This document shows, in pieces, positions 35,342-46,500 of a stretch of DNA of 64,000 nt (its first letter is position 1; each line of letters begins with the position of its first letter). The position numbers and the translations under genes were made by a program. The notes beneath the pieces were generated by a model. That model did not search any database. It saw only the letters and a list, made by a program, of their open reading frames with translations, and was not told where the DNA came from. Source of the stretch: Arenicellales bacterium (GTDB lineage: Bacteria; Pseudomonadota; Gammaproteobacteria; Arenicellales; Poriferihabitantaceae). The stretch is from contig OZ220677.1 in assembly GCA_965116335.1 (NCBI GenBank), positions 228,131 through 292,130 on the forward strand, in the 5' to 3' direction.

Positions 35342-36718
35342 TGTTAAGAGCAAATAGACTTGTCCGGTTTTATAGCAAATGAATTGTCCGCTTTTATGAT
35401 ACCTTGATTCTTGCTCCGGGTTAACCCGGAGCAAGAATCAAACCGAACGTGCGCGGCGGACCGGACGCGGCTGTTCGGATGCAAATTCATAGTAATCGCC
35501 CCCTGGCATCGTATCGAGCCAGTTCTCTGGGACCGTGATGAACCGCCAGACCCTGATCCAGATAATCCAGCACCTGGACGCGGGCTTTGACGTAATGGCA
35601 ACGATGCCGGTCTGCCGGTATCTGTAACACCTTGCGCCGATAGCGCACACAGTTGTCTGCACCCACCATTCGCTCATGGCGCTCACACAGAATATCAGAA
35701 AGTACCGACAGGTCGCGGCAAGCGACAAAGGCGCTACCTGCCTCTCTCGCCGGTTTGCTGAACTGGGCATTGTAAGCCGGCAGGTACTCCTTTTGGAGAT
35801 AGCGGTTGGCCGTGTCCATGTCGGTGATGCCTGCACTGGCCAGTTCCTTCACCAGACGATCCTGGTGGGTTCTAAAGACCCGCTCACAGCGCCCCCGCGC
35901 CTGCGGCGAGTAAGCCGGGATCATCTCAATGCCCAACTGCTTCATGGCACGCCCAAATTGAGTCGGATTCTTCTTGCCCACTTTGCCTCCCGCCTCCGGC
36001 GTATGCCAGTAATGACTGCCCCGATCCGTGTACAGCGAACAGAATAGTCCCTTCGACTCAATCACTTCGCGCACCCCCCGGAAACTGCTGCGAGTGCCTT
36101 CTTCTTCACAGAAAAACATCGAGTAATGCTCATTGGTCGCGTCGTCCATCGTCACAATCAAATCCCAACGCTGACCCACCACCCATTCATGCGTACTGCC
36201 GTCCTGATGCAACATCATCCCCGGCCACGGCGCCGCCTCCCGTCTCTTGCGGTGCGCCCCGCGCTTCGCGTACCGCTTCACCACACCCGCTCCCTGCAAC
36301 TGGTTCTTCACCCACGTATAGCTCCTCTGCCCTCCATCCCGCCGATACCAGGAATGAAAATGACGAACGTTCCATCCCCGGTGATGAGCTCGATAACGTT
36401 CCACCAACCTCATCACTTCGTCTACCGGCGCACGACGATGCGACACTTCGCACATACGCTTGTCCAGCAACCCGTCCAGTCCTTCCTCCTCGTAACGATC
36501 TACATAACGACGGAATGTGCGACTACACACCCCCAACAAATTCGCCGCTTCTTCCTGCGTCAATCGACTCTTGTTCCACCCTTCATACGCTTCTTCAAAT
36601 CTCATCTGTCTGGTCTCCTGTAACCACTGCGCCCGGATCATCAAACACCTCTTTCATTGTGTGTCAAAACCGGACAGTTTATGTGCTACTCAACCGGACA
36701 ACTCATTTGCTCGCTACA
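35342..36718 (-). mobile_element. ISNCY-like (IS1202-group-like) insertion sequence, 1,377 bp, with 17-bp target-site duplication
   Basis: The ends are TGTTAAGAGCAAAT... and ...ATTTGCTCGCTACA (TGT/ACA termini). Subterminal TTGTCCGG motifs occur twice at each end. The element is flanked by the identical 17-mer TTCAGCAAAATCACCAC at 35325-35341 and 36719-36735. The family call rests on my memory of the transposase sequence pattern. Confidence 0.7.
35487..36644 (-). CDS. Integrase-core (rve/DDE) transposase with N-terminal HTH, ISNCY-family-like
   Basis: 385 aa with the HTH LTQEEAANLLGVCSRTFRRYVDRYEEEGLDGL. The catalytic pattern is HQDGSTHEW...YTDRGSHY...SPQARGRCER. Confidence 0.85.
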   Translation of the reverse strand: MMIRAQWLQETRQMRFEEAYEGWNKSRLTQEEAANLLGVCSRTFRRYVDRYEEEGLDGLLDKRMCEVSHRRAPVDEVMRLVERYRAHHRGWNVRHFHSWYRRDGGQRSYTWVKNQLQGAGVVKRYAKRGAHRKRREAAPWPGMMLHQDGSTHEWVVGQRWDLIVTMDDATNEHYSMFFCEEEGTRSSFRGVREVIESKGLFCSLYTDRGSHYWHTPEAGGKVGKKNPTQFGRAMKQLGIEMIPAYSPQARGRCERVFRTHQDRLVKELASAGITDMDTANRYLQKEYLPAYNAQFSKPAREAGSAFVACRDLSVLSDILCERHERMVGADNCVRYRRKVLQIPADRHRCHYVKARVQVLDYLDQGLAVHHGPRELARYDARGRLL

Positions 36719-36842
36719 TTCAGCAAAATCACCACTTGACAGGCGATGACGCTTACAGCAAACTTACCCCCTCAATATCCGGTAAAAAGCAGGCTAATGC
36801 AATGAAAAAAATAGAAATAAATTCAATTAAGTCCTTGATTTA

Positions 36843-36851
36843 TGGTATAAT
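36843..36851 (+). promoter_or_regulatory. Perfect extended -10 element TGGTATAAT (putative), copy 2
   Basis: Identical sequence and identical position relative to the VNTR as at 1936-1944. Confidence 0.4.
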
Positions 36852-36854
36852 TGA

Positions 36855-36886
36855 CCGGATTACCGGATTACCGGATTACCGGATTA
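36855..36886. repeat. Octanucleotide tandem repeat (CCGGATTA) x 4
   Basis: Counted directly: 32 nt, all units perfect. Confidence 0.97.
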
Positions 36887-37239
36887 CGCTTGGCGCGTCG
36901 GCGTGACGGCCATGAGCGCGTTCGCGTGGCTGCGCCGTTGTCGGGGTTGGTTCTCCCGGCCTGAATCTTTACCATCTGTCATTCCCCCCTTGAGGGGGAA
37001 TCCAATCCGCGAAACGGATTGGATGGGGGGGGCGCAGTGTCGAAATTAATATCAAAATTGCATTGCATTACCGAGCGTTTTAGATACAATCACGGTTCCT
37101 GTCGGATGCCCTGTTGGCCCGTTTGTTAATGTTACGTGTACCAGTCTAAAGAGCCAACTCAGGAACCGAACCCCCAAGTACGAACCAAAATGCAACAAGA
37201 AAGCAGACTGATAAAGAAGAGCGGGGAAATTCCCGTTCA

Positions 37240-37261
37240 CCCCCCCCCCCCCCCCCCCCCC
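37240..37261. repeat. Homopolymeric tract C22 (G22 on the - strand)
   Basis: Counted directly (c37240 to c37261). It lies 265 nt upstream of the proposed start of the giant gene. All three + frames hit a stop between the tract and 37527. Confidence 0.97.
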
Positions 37262-37526
37262 TCGATTCTGATTTCGAGACCTTCCGTGCCTTCCGTGAAG
37301 GAAGGGGCGGTGTTCTGCCATTTCGTAATCGCGCATGACCTCCCATGTGCATGACCGCCCCATTTTCGTCTCGGGTCTTTCCTGTTGCCCGTCCGTATTT
37401 TCCGGCATTCCGGTAGCCGGTGTGGTACATGACCTTTCGGTATCGGCTGTAGGGGGAGGTTCTCCAGCCCGGCGAAGCGGTAGCGAAAGTGGTGCCGGGG
37501 GTGGGCTGAATGGGCGGCTTCTGGTG

Positions 37527-40500
37527 ATGCAGCTTCTTCTCGTGTCTGTGGCCATGCTGTTTCTGTTATCCGTTGCCGAGGCCAGTTTAGCGGCAACCGT
37601 GGAGGTGCAGGACGACGATGATGACAAGCCGGGCGTGGTGGTGTCTGAATCCAGCCTGGCACTGACCGAGTTGGGCGCATCCAGCACGGTCGCGAAGACC
37701 TATACCCTGGCGCTGGCAACCGATCCGGGGGCGGATGTTGGAGTGACAGTGACATCGGGCGACCCGACGGCGGTTGTGGTGGACACGGACAGCGTCAGGA
37801 CGGGTAACCAGAACACGCTGACGTTCACCCACGGCAATTCGGGCAACTGGAAAACCGCGCAGACAGTGACGGTGCGCGCGTTGAACGACGGCAATGCGAC
37901 GGGCGAGACGGTGGCCATATCCCATGCTGCCGCGGTGTCCTCGGACCCTGGCAACCCCTATCATCAGGTTCCGGTTGACAAAGTATCGGTGAGCGTTACG
38001 GACGCTGGCCACGGCGTAACGGTTTCGGATTCTGCCCTGTCGGTGCACGCAGGTGACGAAACGGCCACTTATACAATCGTGCTCAAGAGTGCGCCGGGCG
38101 GTACGCTGGAGGTCACGCCGACTTCAAGTGATTCTGCGAAGGCTGTTGTCAGCGCGGCGTTGAGTTTTAATGACAGCAACTGGGATGAGCCGCAGACGGT
38201 GACAGTGACCGGCAAGGGTGCCGGTTCGGTGACAATCACCCACAGCGTGACGGGGGCGACGACGGACTATCCGACCAGCACGACGATTCCCTCGATGGCG
38301 GTCACGGTCATGGCCGCCCGCCCGACGGTTGGAATTGGCCCCGTGTACGTCGAGGTCACTGAAGGCGATGATACCGAAGTCACCGTGACCGTGACGTTGT
38401 CCGCCGCGCTCACCAGCGATATCGTGATTCCACTGTCTACACAACACTTCGAGAGGGGCGCAACTGCCGGATCCGACTATACCGTGCCCAGCCCGTTCAG
38501 CGTCACGATCAGCACCGGCGCGACCAACAAGACGCTCACCATCCCGATCATCGACGATGAGATTGCCGAAGACAATGAACTGTTCAATGTCGTGCTCGAC
38601 ACGGCAAGCCTGCCGCCTGCGGTGCGGGCAGGCCCGAACGTGTCGGTGGCTGTGATTATCAAAGACATTGACGAAGCGGTACTCGTCTCGATCTCCCCTG
38701 AGAGCACGGAGGTCAAAGAGGGCGGATCCGTGGAAGTGACGGCCCGACTCGCAGAAGCGATTCAAGCCGATGCAACAATCGGAGTTTCACTGAGACAGGT
38801 TCGTTTTGCACAGGCGGGTAGGGACTACACGGATCCAGCCCCAGGCTCGACAGTTGACTTTAGTCTGAGCATTCCTGCGGGCAAGACCCGCGCCAGCGCG
38901 ACCATCACGACGATCGACAATGGCGAGAGCCTCCTGAATACCGATGAGCTGAAAGGCAACTCGGAGATCCATGCCGCTCTGCTTGCTGACGGTCTGATCG
39001 AACATGGACTCAGGATTGATGGGGAAAACGCCTCTACACACATCACAATCCTGGAGAACGACGCCGTAATTGTGACCGAGACCGATTCCGCAACTGTGGT
39101 GTCCGAGCCGTCTGGAACGGACACCTACCAGATTCGCCTGGCGGGCGTGCCGGAGAAGGGAACCGTTTCGATTGAGGCGCGTGCGGGAGATGGCCTGCAG
39201 GTGAGCAGCGGAGGCGGTGTGGCAGCGAGCTCGGTCACGCTCGACTTCAACACTACGACCTGGGACACCCCGCAGACTGTAACCGTCAGTGCGGTGGATG
39301 ATGACATCGACAATCCCGGCGGAAGGCGCATGGCGAAGATTGTTCACACGGTCACATCAACAATGGATGCTCCGCAATACGCCGGAATGATCGTCGAGGA
39401 CATCGCCGTCGCCATTATCGACGACGACATGGCTGCAAGCGATATTGCGGTGACGTTGTCGGCTGAGTCGGGCGATCTGGCTGAGGACGGTAGTGACAAG
39501 GTCGTGACGGTGGAGTTGAGCCGTTTGCCAGCGGACGGTGAGAGCCTGGAGGTGCCCCTGACGTTCGGTGGCACGGCGCAGCGCGGCGTGGATTATGCGG
39601 TCAGCGCCGTTGTATCGGAAGTGACCGTCATCTCCGAGGACGGCGTCGGAGTGAAGCAGGCTGCGAACGGCGTGACTTACGCCAATCTGGCCTCCGGTTC
39701 GGCCTCGGTGACGTTTACTGGCGGGTCGGGGAATGCGGTCAGCGCGTCGTTTAGAATCGAGACGATTGCAGACGCGGTAGACGAGGACACGTCGGAGACG
39801 GTGACGGTCGAGCTTGGCGACTTGGGCGAAGGCGCGACCGGGTCGGGTTCATTGAGTTTTGTGATTACCGACGACGACACGGCCGGGGTTGCGGTGGGTG
39901 CGGCATCGGCTTCGGTTGCAGTGGGCGGAGAGACTTCGTATACGTTGCGTCTGACCAGCCAGCCGTTGGGTACGGTTGCGGTGACGCCGACCAGTGATGA
40001 TGCTACCGTGGTTGCGATTGCCTCGATTGCCGGCACCCGTGCCAAATGGGCGGTATTCGATGCCGACAACTGGAATGAGGCGCAGACGGTGACGCTTTCG
40101 GGAGTCGCCACTGGCGGCCCGGTAAATGTGAGCCATGCGGTGACGTATGCGGCGGGCGGCGGTTACGGCACGGATCTTTCGATTGACCCGCTTGCGGTGA
40201 CCGTGACGGCGGCGCCGGTGCCGGTCAAGCCGGTGCTGAACCTTGCGCTGTCCAAAGATACGATGGTCGAAGGCGAATCGACTGAGCTTACCCTGAGCGT
40301 GACTGGTGCGACTCAGGCTGTGACGGTGGCTACGGCCGATCTGCTGTCGGTGACGGGCGTGGCTGCGTCTGACTACCTGTTGCCCGATTTGCCAGCGCAG
40401 CTCACGTTCCGTGCGCCTGACTATGTGCAGACCTTCGGGCTGCTTGCGTTGTATGACGAGGCTGATGAGTCCAACGAGGCGTTGACGGTTGGCTTTGGCA

Positions 40501-43500
40501 GCGGCTTCCCGGCTACGTTTGACCAGGGCACGGAGGCGAGCGTGACGATCATTGACGCGAATCCGACAAAAGTGACTGTGCTCGCTGGTGAAGACGATAT
40601 GGTCGATCTGGTCGAGGGCGACGAGACCGGTGTGACGGTCACTCTGAGCCGTGCACTGGCCGCTGGCGAGACGGTCACCGTGCCGCTGACAGTAGCCGGT
40701 ACGGACGTCGACGCCAGCGACTACACACTTACGCTGGATTCCGGTGCTGTCAACCCCGGCGTATCGCTGAACACATCGGCACCGTACAGCGCCGCGCAGC
40801 CTGCCGTAGTATTTACCGGCTCGGACGATGCGGGGGTGACCACGGCTGCGCTTTCTTTCGCGGTGGTCGATGACGGCGTGGCGGAAGGCCGCGAAGTGCT
40901 CACTCTGTGGATGGGTACACTGGACAGCAATCTGGATCGCGCGAGCGGTACGGGTGCGGATGGCACGGTCGCTGGTGGCACCCCGGTACTCATCCGGGTA
41001 CGTGACCTGGCAGTATCCGCCACTGCTCCTGCGGTGAAGGTCAGTCCGAGCTACCTGGAAGTGACAGAGAACGGTACGCCGGGTCTCTACTACGTGTGGC
41101 TGGCCAGCGACCCGGGGCAGGCGGTGACGGTGAACCTCACCTCCGGCGATGCGACCAGAGTGCGGGTTGAACCTTCGCAACTCACCTTCACATCAAGCGG
41201 AGAGACGATCTGGAGCCAGCCGCAGGCGGTTCGGGTCACCGCCCGCCCGGACGCGGATGTCATTCAGGGCAATAACGTTACCATCACCCATACGGTGAGC
41301 GGCTATACGGGCGTTTCATCGGTGAGCGATGTGATCGTCAGACTGCGTGATGCCGGGCACGGGGTGATAGCATCGAGCCGCACGCTTGACGTATCCGAAG
41401 GCGGTACGGCCGAGTACAAACTGCGTCTCAAGAGCCAGCCGACCCATGCGGTGACGATTACGCCACGGGTTTCTGATAGCGGTCAGGTACTCAAAGCGGG
41501 TGCGGCGGTGACCTTCCAGCCCAATGAATGGAATACAGACAAGGCGATTGCGCTATCCGGGCTGTCGCCGGGGCGTGCGACCGTGCTGCACGAGGTCTCT
41601 TCAACGGACACAAATTACGACGATATGAGTGGTATCGTGCGCATCGGCGTGACGGTTGCAGCGGCACCTTCGCGCATCAGCGGCGCGAGTTTCACGATTG
41701 TGCCGGTGGCAACCCGTGTGCCCGGTGGTACGGCTGCAGCCTTTACCGTGAGTGCCGCCAATGCGCTCACCGGCGAGGTAGCGGTTGAGGTAGTAATCGG
41801 TGATGTCGGCGGTGTAGTGGCTGCCGGTGAGTTCCTCAGCCGCAAGCTGATTGTGCCGGCGGGCGGCAGTGCGACATTCAATGTCAAGACCCGCTCCTTC
41901 ACCGAGGATCGTCCAGACGGCGCCATCACTGCGACCCTGGCCAGTCGCTACGGCGGCGCCAGTGCCCGGATTGCGGTGGTTGACAATATCGCGACGGCGG
42001 TATCGCTGGTGCCGGGCAAGAAGTCAAGTCTGCTGGAGCAGACGCCGGCTGACAAGGCGCAGGTGACGGTGATGCTGGCGCGCGACCTGGTCGCCGGCGA
42101 GATTGTGGATGTGCCGCTGGTCTTTGCCACGACTGACGGCGTGGCCCTGCCGGGCGCGGCGCAACCACACATCGCGCTGAGTGCACGGGGTGTTGGCGTG
42201 ACGCTGCGCGATGAGACCACGGCCTCGCCGAAGTTGCGTTTCACCGGCGGTGCAGGTAACGAACGGGTTGCCACTGTCGAGATTTACGCGACCACCGAGG
42301 ACGATAGCAATTTGACCGATGATGCATTCACGGTCACGCTCGGTGATCTGGACGCGGCGACACTCGGCACCACGGTGTCGGGTGGTGCGGTGGCGGGTGC
42401 TGGAAGCAATCTGGCGACGTTAACCCTGGTCGACAACGATGCTTTTGTGACCGTCTCGGATGCTCAAGCGGCTGAGGGCGAAGCACTTGAGTTTATGGTG
42501 ACGCTACCCAATCCGGCACCGGCGGACGGTGTGACGGTGGGCTACACGCTGGCAGACGGCAGCGACGGGGCGGTGTATTCGCGGGCCACGACACCGGATG
42601 ATTTTGGGGGGCGCAGTGGCTCGCTGGAGATAGCACAAGGCGCATCGAGCGGCACGATTTCGGTGGCGACAGTGGATGACAATGTCTACGAGTCGGATCA
42701 CCATTTCGAGGTGCGCCTGACCTCGACCACACACGGGACGCTGCACAGCACGCACTATCGTGCGACCGGCACCATCGAAGATGATGCCGATACGCCGGTG
42801 TTCGGATTCTTGAGTGGGCTGCACCGGGTGACCGAGGGCAACCGTATTCTGGTCAGCGTTGCGCTCGGCGGCAGTACCACCTCGCTGGTGCCTGCGACGT
42901 TGCACTACGCACCGGCTGGTGATGGCGACACGGCTGCGGCTGGCGACTACGCCGGTGCAAGCGGTATGCTCACCTTTGCAGCGGGCGCGACCCGGCAACA
43001 GGTTACGGTGCGCGCCATCGACGACAGCGTCCATGACATCGACGAGCATTTCACGGTGGTTCTGACGGCCGGCGAGCACGCCAGAGTCAGCGACACGCAG
43101 GTTGCCCCGTTCGGACGCACGAAGATCGAGATTGCCGATAACGACCCGGTCAAGGTCGGCGTCGAGGCACCCGATGAGGTGCGTGAGGGCGAGACCGTGA
43201 CGTTTATGTTGCGCCCTGATATTACGGTGGAGAACGATCTCAACTTGAAGGTGCGGATCACGCAAGGCGGCGATTATGTGACCCCGACCGCGATCCGGCA
43301 GTACACGGTCGTGTTGCACGGTGGCACGAACAGCGTATCGCTGTCGATCAGCACCTCCGACATCGACAGCCATGAGAACGATGGCTGGGTGCGCGCCACG
43401 TTGTTGCCGGGCGCAGGCTACGGTATTGATGCCAGTCGCTTGCACGCGACGACCGTCATCGACGGGGCTGAGCCGAGCGTGAGCCTCCGTGCTGTGGCGG

Positions 43501-46500
43501 GCGAGGTAATCGAAGGCAACGATGCCGAATTCACCGTGAGCACTGACTTTGCGCCGGCGCGCGATCTGGATATTTCATTGAGGGTTGTGCAGGACGGCGA
43601 TTACGCGGCGAACGGACAGATCGGCAGCAAACAGGTCACCCTGAGCGCCGGGCAGACCGAGGCGACCTATGCAGTGCAGACCGATGACGATGCCGTAGAA
43701 GAAAGTCCCGGCTCGATCACCGTCAGCCTGGTGCAAGGCGCAGGCTATAAGGCAGACGCCGAGTCGCAGCCAGCGAGTATTGCGGTCATTGACGACGAGA
43801 CCCCCGAAGTGCGCATCGAGGCTTCTGATGCACAGGTCACCGAAGGCGACTCGGCGACCTTCACCGTGCGCTTGCTGGCCTCGATTGGCTCCCCGGTGAC
43901 GGTTGCCTACCAGGTGTCGGGCACCAGCGGCTATGTCACGGCTGCGACCGATACGGTCGTAGTGCCGACCAGTGGCAGCGCACAGATCACGGTGCCCACG
44001 GTCAATGTGCCGGGCGATACGCCGGATGGTGAACTGACGGTGGCGGCTACCACCGGCGCCGGCTATCGGCTGACGGAGGGCAGTACGCACACCATCGAGG
44101 TGGCTGACGATGAGCCGACTATCGTATCGATCCGCGGCAGCGGTTCGATGATCGAGGGCAATACGGCAAAAACCGCCGAGTTGACGGTGACCCTGTCGCG
44201 CAGCCTGGTCGAAGGCGAGAAGGTGACCGTGCCGTTGCGTTTTGCAACCAGGGAGAGAGACTTCCTGTCCGGTGCGCTCTCGCGCCGCGATGTGGTGGTG
44301 CACGCAGCCGGCGCCAACATTGCCAGGCTCACCGACACCCAGCAACTGGGCTCGGGTGTGCGTCTGTTCGGTCCGTCCAGTAAGCAACTGGCGGGCCAGC
44401 GCACGCCGCCGAACGCGGCCAACTATGCGGTCGAGTTCACGGGCGGTGCTGCGACCCCAACCACAGCTACGCTGAAGCTGACCGCAAGAGCCGAGCGCAC
44501 GCCCAATGACGAGAAGGATGCGAAGATCAATGTGAGCTTCCGCTCGTTCAGTTCGGCCGCGCTGACCAATGTCGGTGGCGGCATCCAGGCCAATAGAGGA
44601 CATAACAGCGCACTCTTTATCGTTGAAGACAAGGATAAGCCGGACACCACCGCGCCGCAGGTGAGCTCGATCACCAGGCAGTTGCCGACCACTACCCCGA
44701 CCCATGCCGACCAGTTGACCTGGCGGGTGACATTCAGCGAGCCGGTGGTCAATGTGGACGCGGCGGATTTTGTGGTGGCGGGCACGACCGCCTCGCTGAG
44801 CGTATCGCAGGTCTCATCGTCGGTTTACGATGTTAGAGCCTCAGGCGGCAACCTGGCCAGCCTGAATGACACGGTGACGCTGGGCTTTAACGCCAGCCAT
44901 AACATCGCCGACGCCAACGGCAACGCGCTGGCCGCGAACCCGACGCCCACCGGCAGCCATGACAATACCTTTGTGGTCGACAATACGGCACCGACGGTAA
45001 CGATTACAGTGCCCTCGACGAGTGGCGCGATTTCAGGGGCGGTGACGGCGACGTTCACCTTCGACGAGGCGGTGAGCGGGTTTGAAACCAGCGACATCGC
45101 GGTCACTAACGCCGCAGTATCGGGCTTTGCGCTCGACACTGCGGACACGATCTGGACGGCGACGATCACGCCGAACGTCAACGGCACGCCGGTGACGGTC
45201 GATGTGGCGGCCAACGCAGCCGATGATCGGGCCGGCAACGGCAGCGCCGCGGCGACGCAGGTTAGCGTGAACTACACCAAGACACTGGGTGCGCCGGTCA
45301 GCTTCACGGCGACCCCGGGCGACGGGCAGGTATCGCTTGCGTGGTCGGCGCCGACTGGCAGTGCTGGTACTGCGGCGGTGAGCAAGTACCAGTACCGCTA
45401 CCAGGCGGGCGCGAGCGTCACCTCGGCCACCTGGACCGATATTGCAGATGGCACCGATGCCGGCAACAGCGCAGGCGACGAGACCTCGGTGACGGTGACC
45501 GGGCTGATCAACGGCACCCAATACGCCTTCGAACTTCGAGCGGTCAATGCCGCAGGCGATGGCGATGCGGCAACCAACACGGCGACGCCGGTGCCTTCCG
45601 GCGATATTGCGGTGACGTTGTCGGCTGAGTCGGGCGATCTGGCTGAGGACGGCAGTGACAAGGTCGTGACGGTGGAGTTGAGCCGTTTGCCAGCGGACGG
45701 TGAGAGCCTGGAGGTGCCCCTGACGTTCGGTGGCACGGCGCAGCGCGGCGTGGATTATGCGGTCAGCGCCGTTGTATCGGAAGTGACCGTCATCTCCGAG
45801 GACGGCGTCGGAGTGAAGCAGGCTGCGAACGGCGTGACCTGGACTAATCTGGCCTCCGGTTCGGCTTCGGTGACGTTTACTGGCGGGTCGGGGAATGCGG
45901 TCAGCGCGTCGTTTAGAATCGAGACGATTGCAGACGCGGTAGACGAAGGGGCGTCGGAGACGGTGACGGTAGCACTTGGCGACTTGGGCGAAGGCGCGAC
46001 CGGTTCCGGTTCATTGAGTTTTGCCATCACCGACGACGACACGGCGGGTGTTGCGGTGGATGCGTCGTCGTTGTCTACGGTGATCTCAGTCGGCGGTGAG
46101 GCTTCGTATACGTTGCGTCTGACCAGCCAGCCGCTCGGTACGGTAGCGGTGACGCCGACCAGCGATGATGCTACCGTGGTTGCGATTGCCTCGATTGCCG
46201 GCACCCGTGACAAGTGGGCGGTATTCGATGCTGACAACTGGAATGAGGCGCAGACGGTGACGCTTTCGGGAGTCGCCACTGGCGGCCCGGTAAATGTGAG
46301 CCATGCGGTGACGTATGCGGCGGGCGGCGGTTACGGCACGGATCTTTCGATTGACGGGGTTGCGGTGACGGCGGTCAAGCCGGTGCTGAATCTTGCGCTG
46401 TCCCGGGATACGATGGCTGAAGGCGATTCGGCTGAGTTGAAGTTGAGCGTGACTGGTGCGACTCAGGCTGTGACGGTTGCTACGGCCAATTTGCTGTCGG

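Larger units (their letters stand above)
36724..37031 (+). promoter_or_regulatory. Conserved adhesin leader cassette, copy 2
   Basis: It has the same order as copy 1: CAAAATCACCAC-TTGACA (36736-36741), AT-rich segment, TGGTATAAT, VNTR, ggccatgagcgcgttcgcgtggctgcgccgtt..ctcccggcctgaatctttaccatctgtcattcccccc, and a type A REP hairpin. Confidence 0.75.

Noticed and set aside
37136-37354. 72-aa ORF reading through the C22 tract (..VHPPPPPPPSILIS..) as a phase-variable small protein
   Set aside because: It has a GTG start without a convincing RBS, no recognisable features, and a Pro run that is simply the homopolymer. It remains a formal possibility only.
37031-37526. Riboswitch (e.g. c-di-GMP class) or other structured RNA in the long 5' region of the giant gene
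   Set aside because: I could not match the sequence to any riboswitch consensus I know. Only small generic hairpins are visible. A covariance-model scan (Rfam/Infernal) would be needed.
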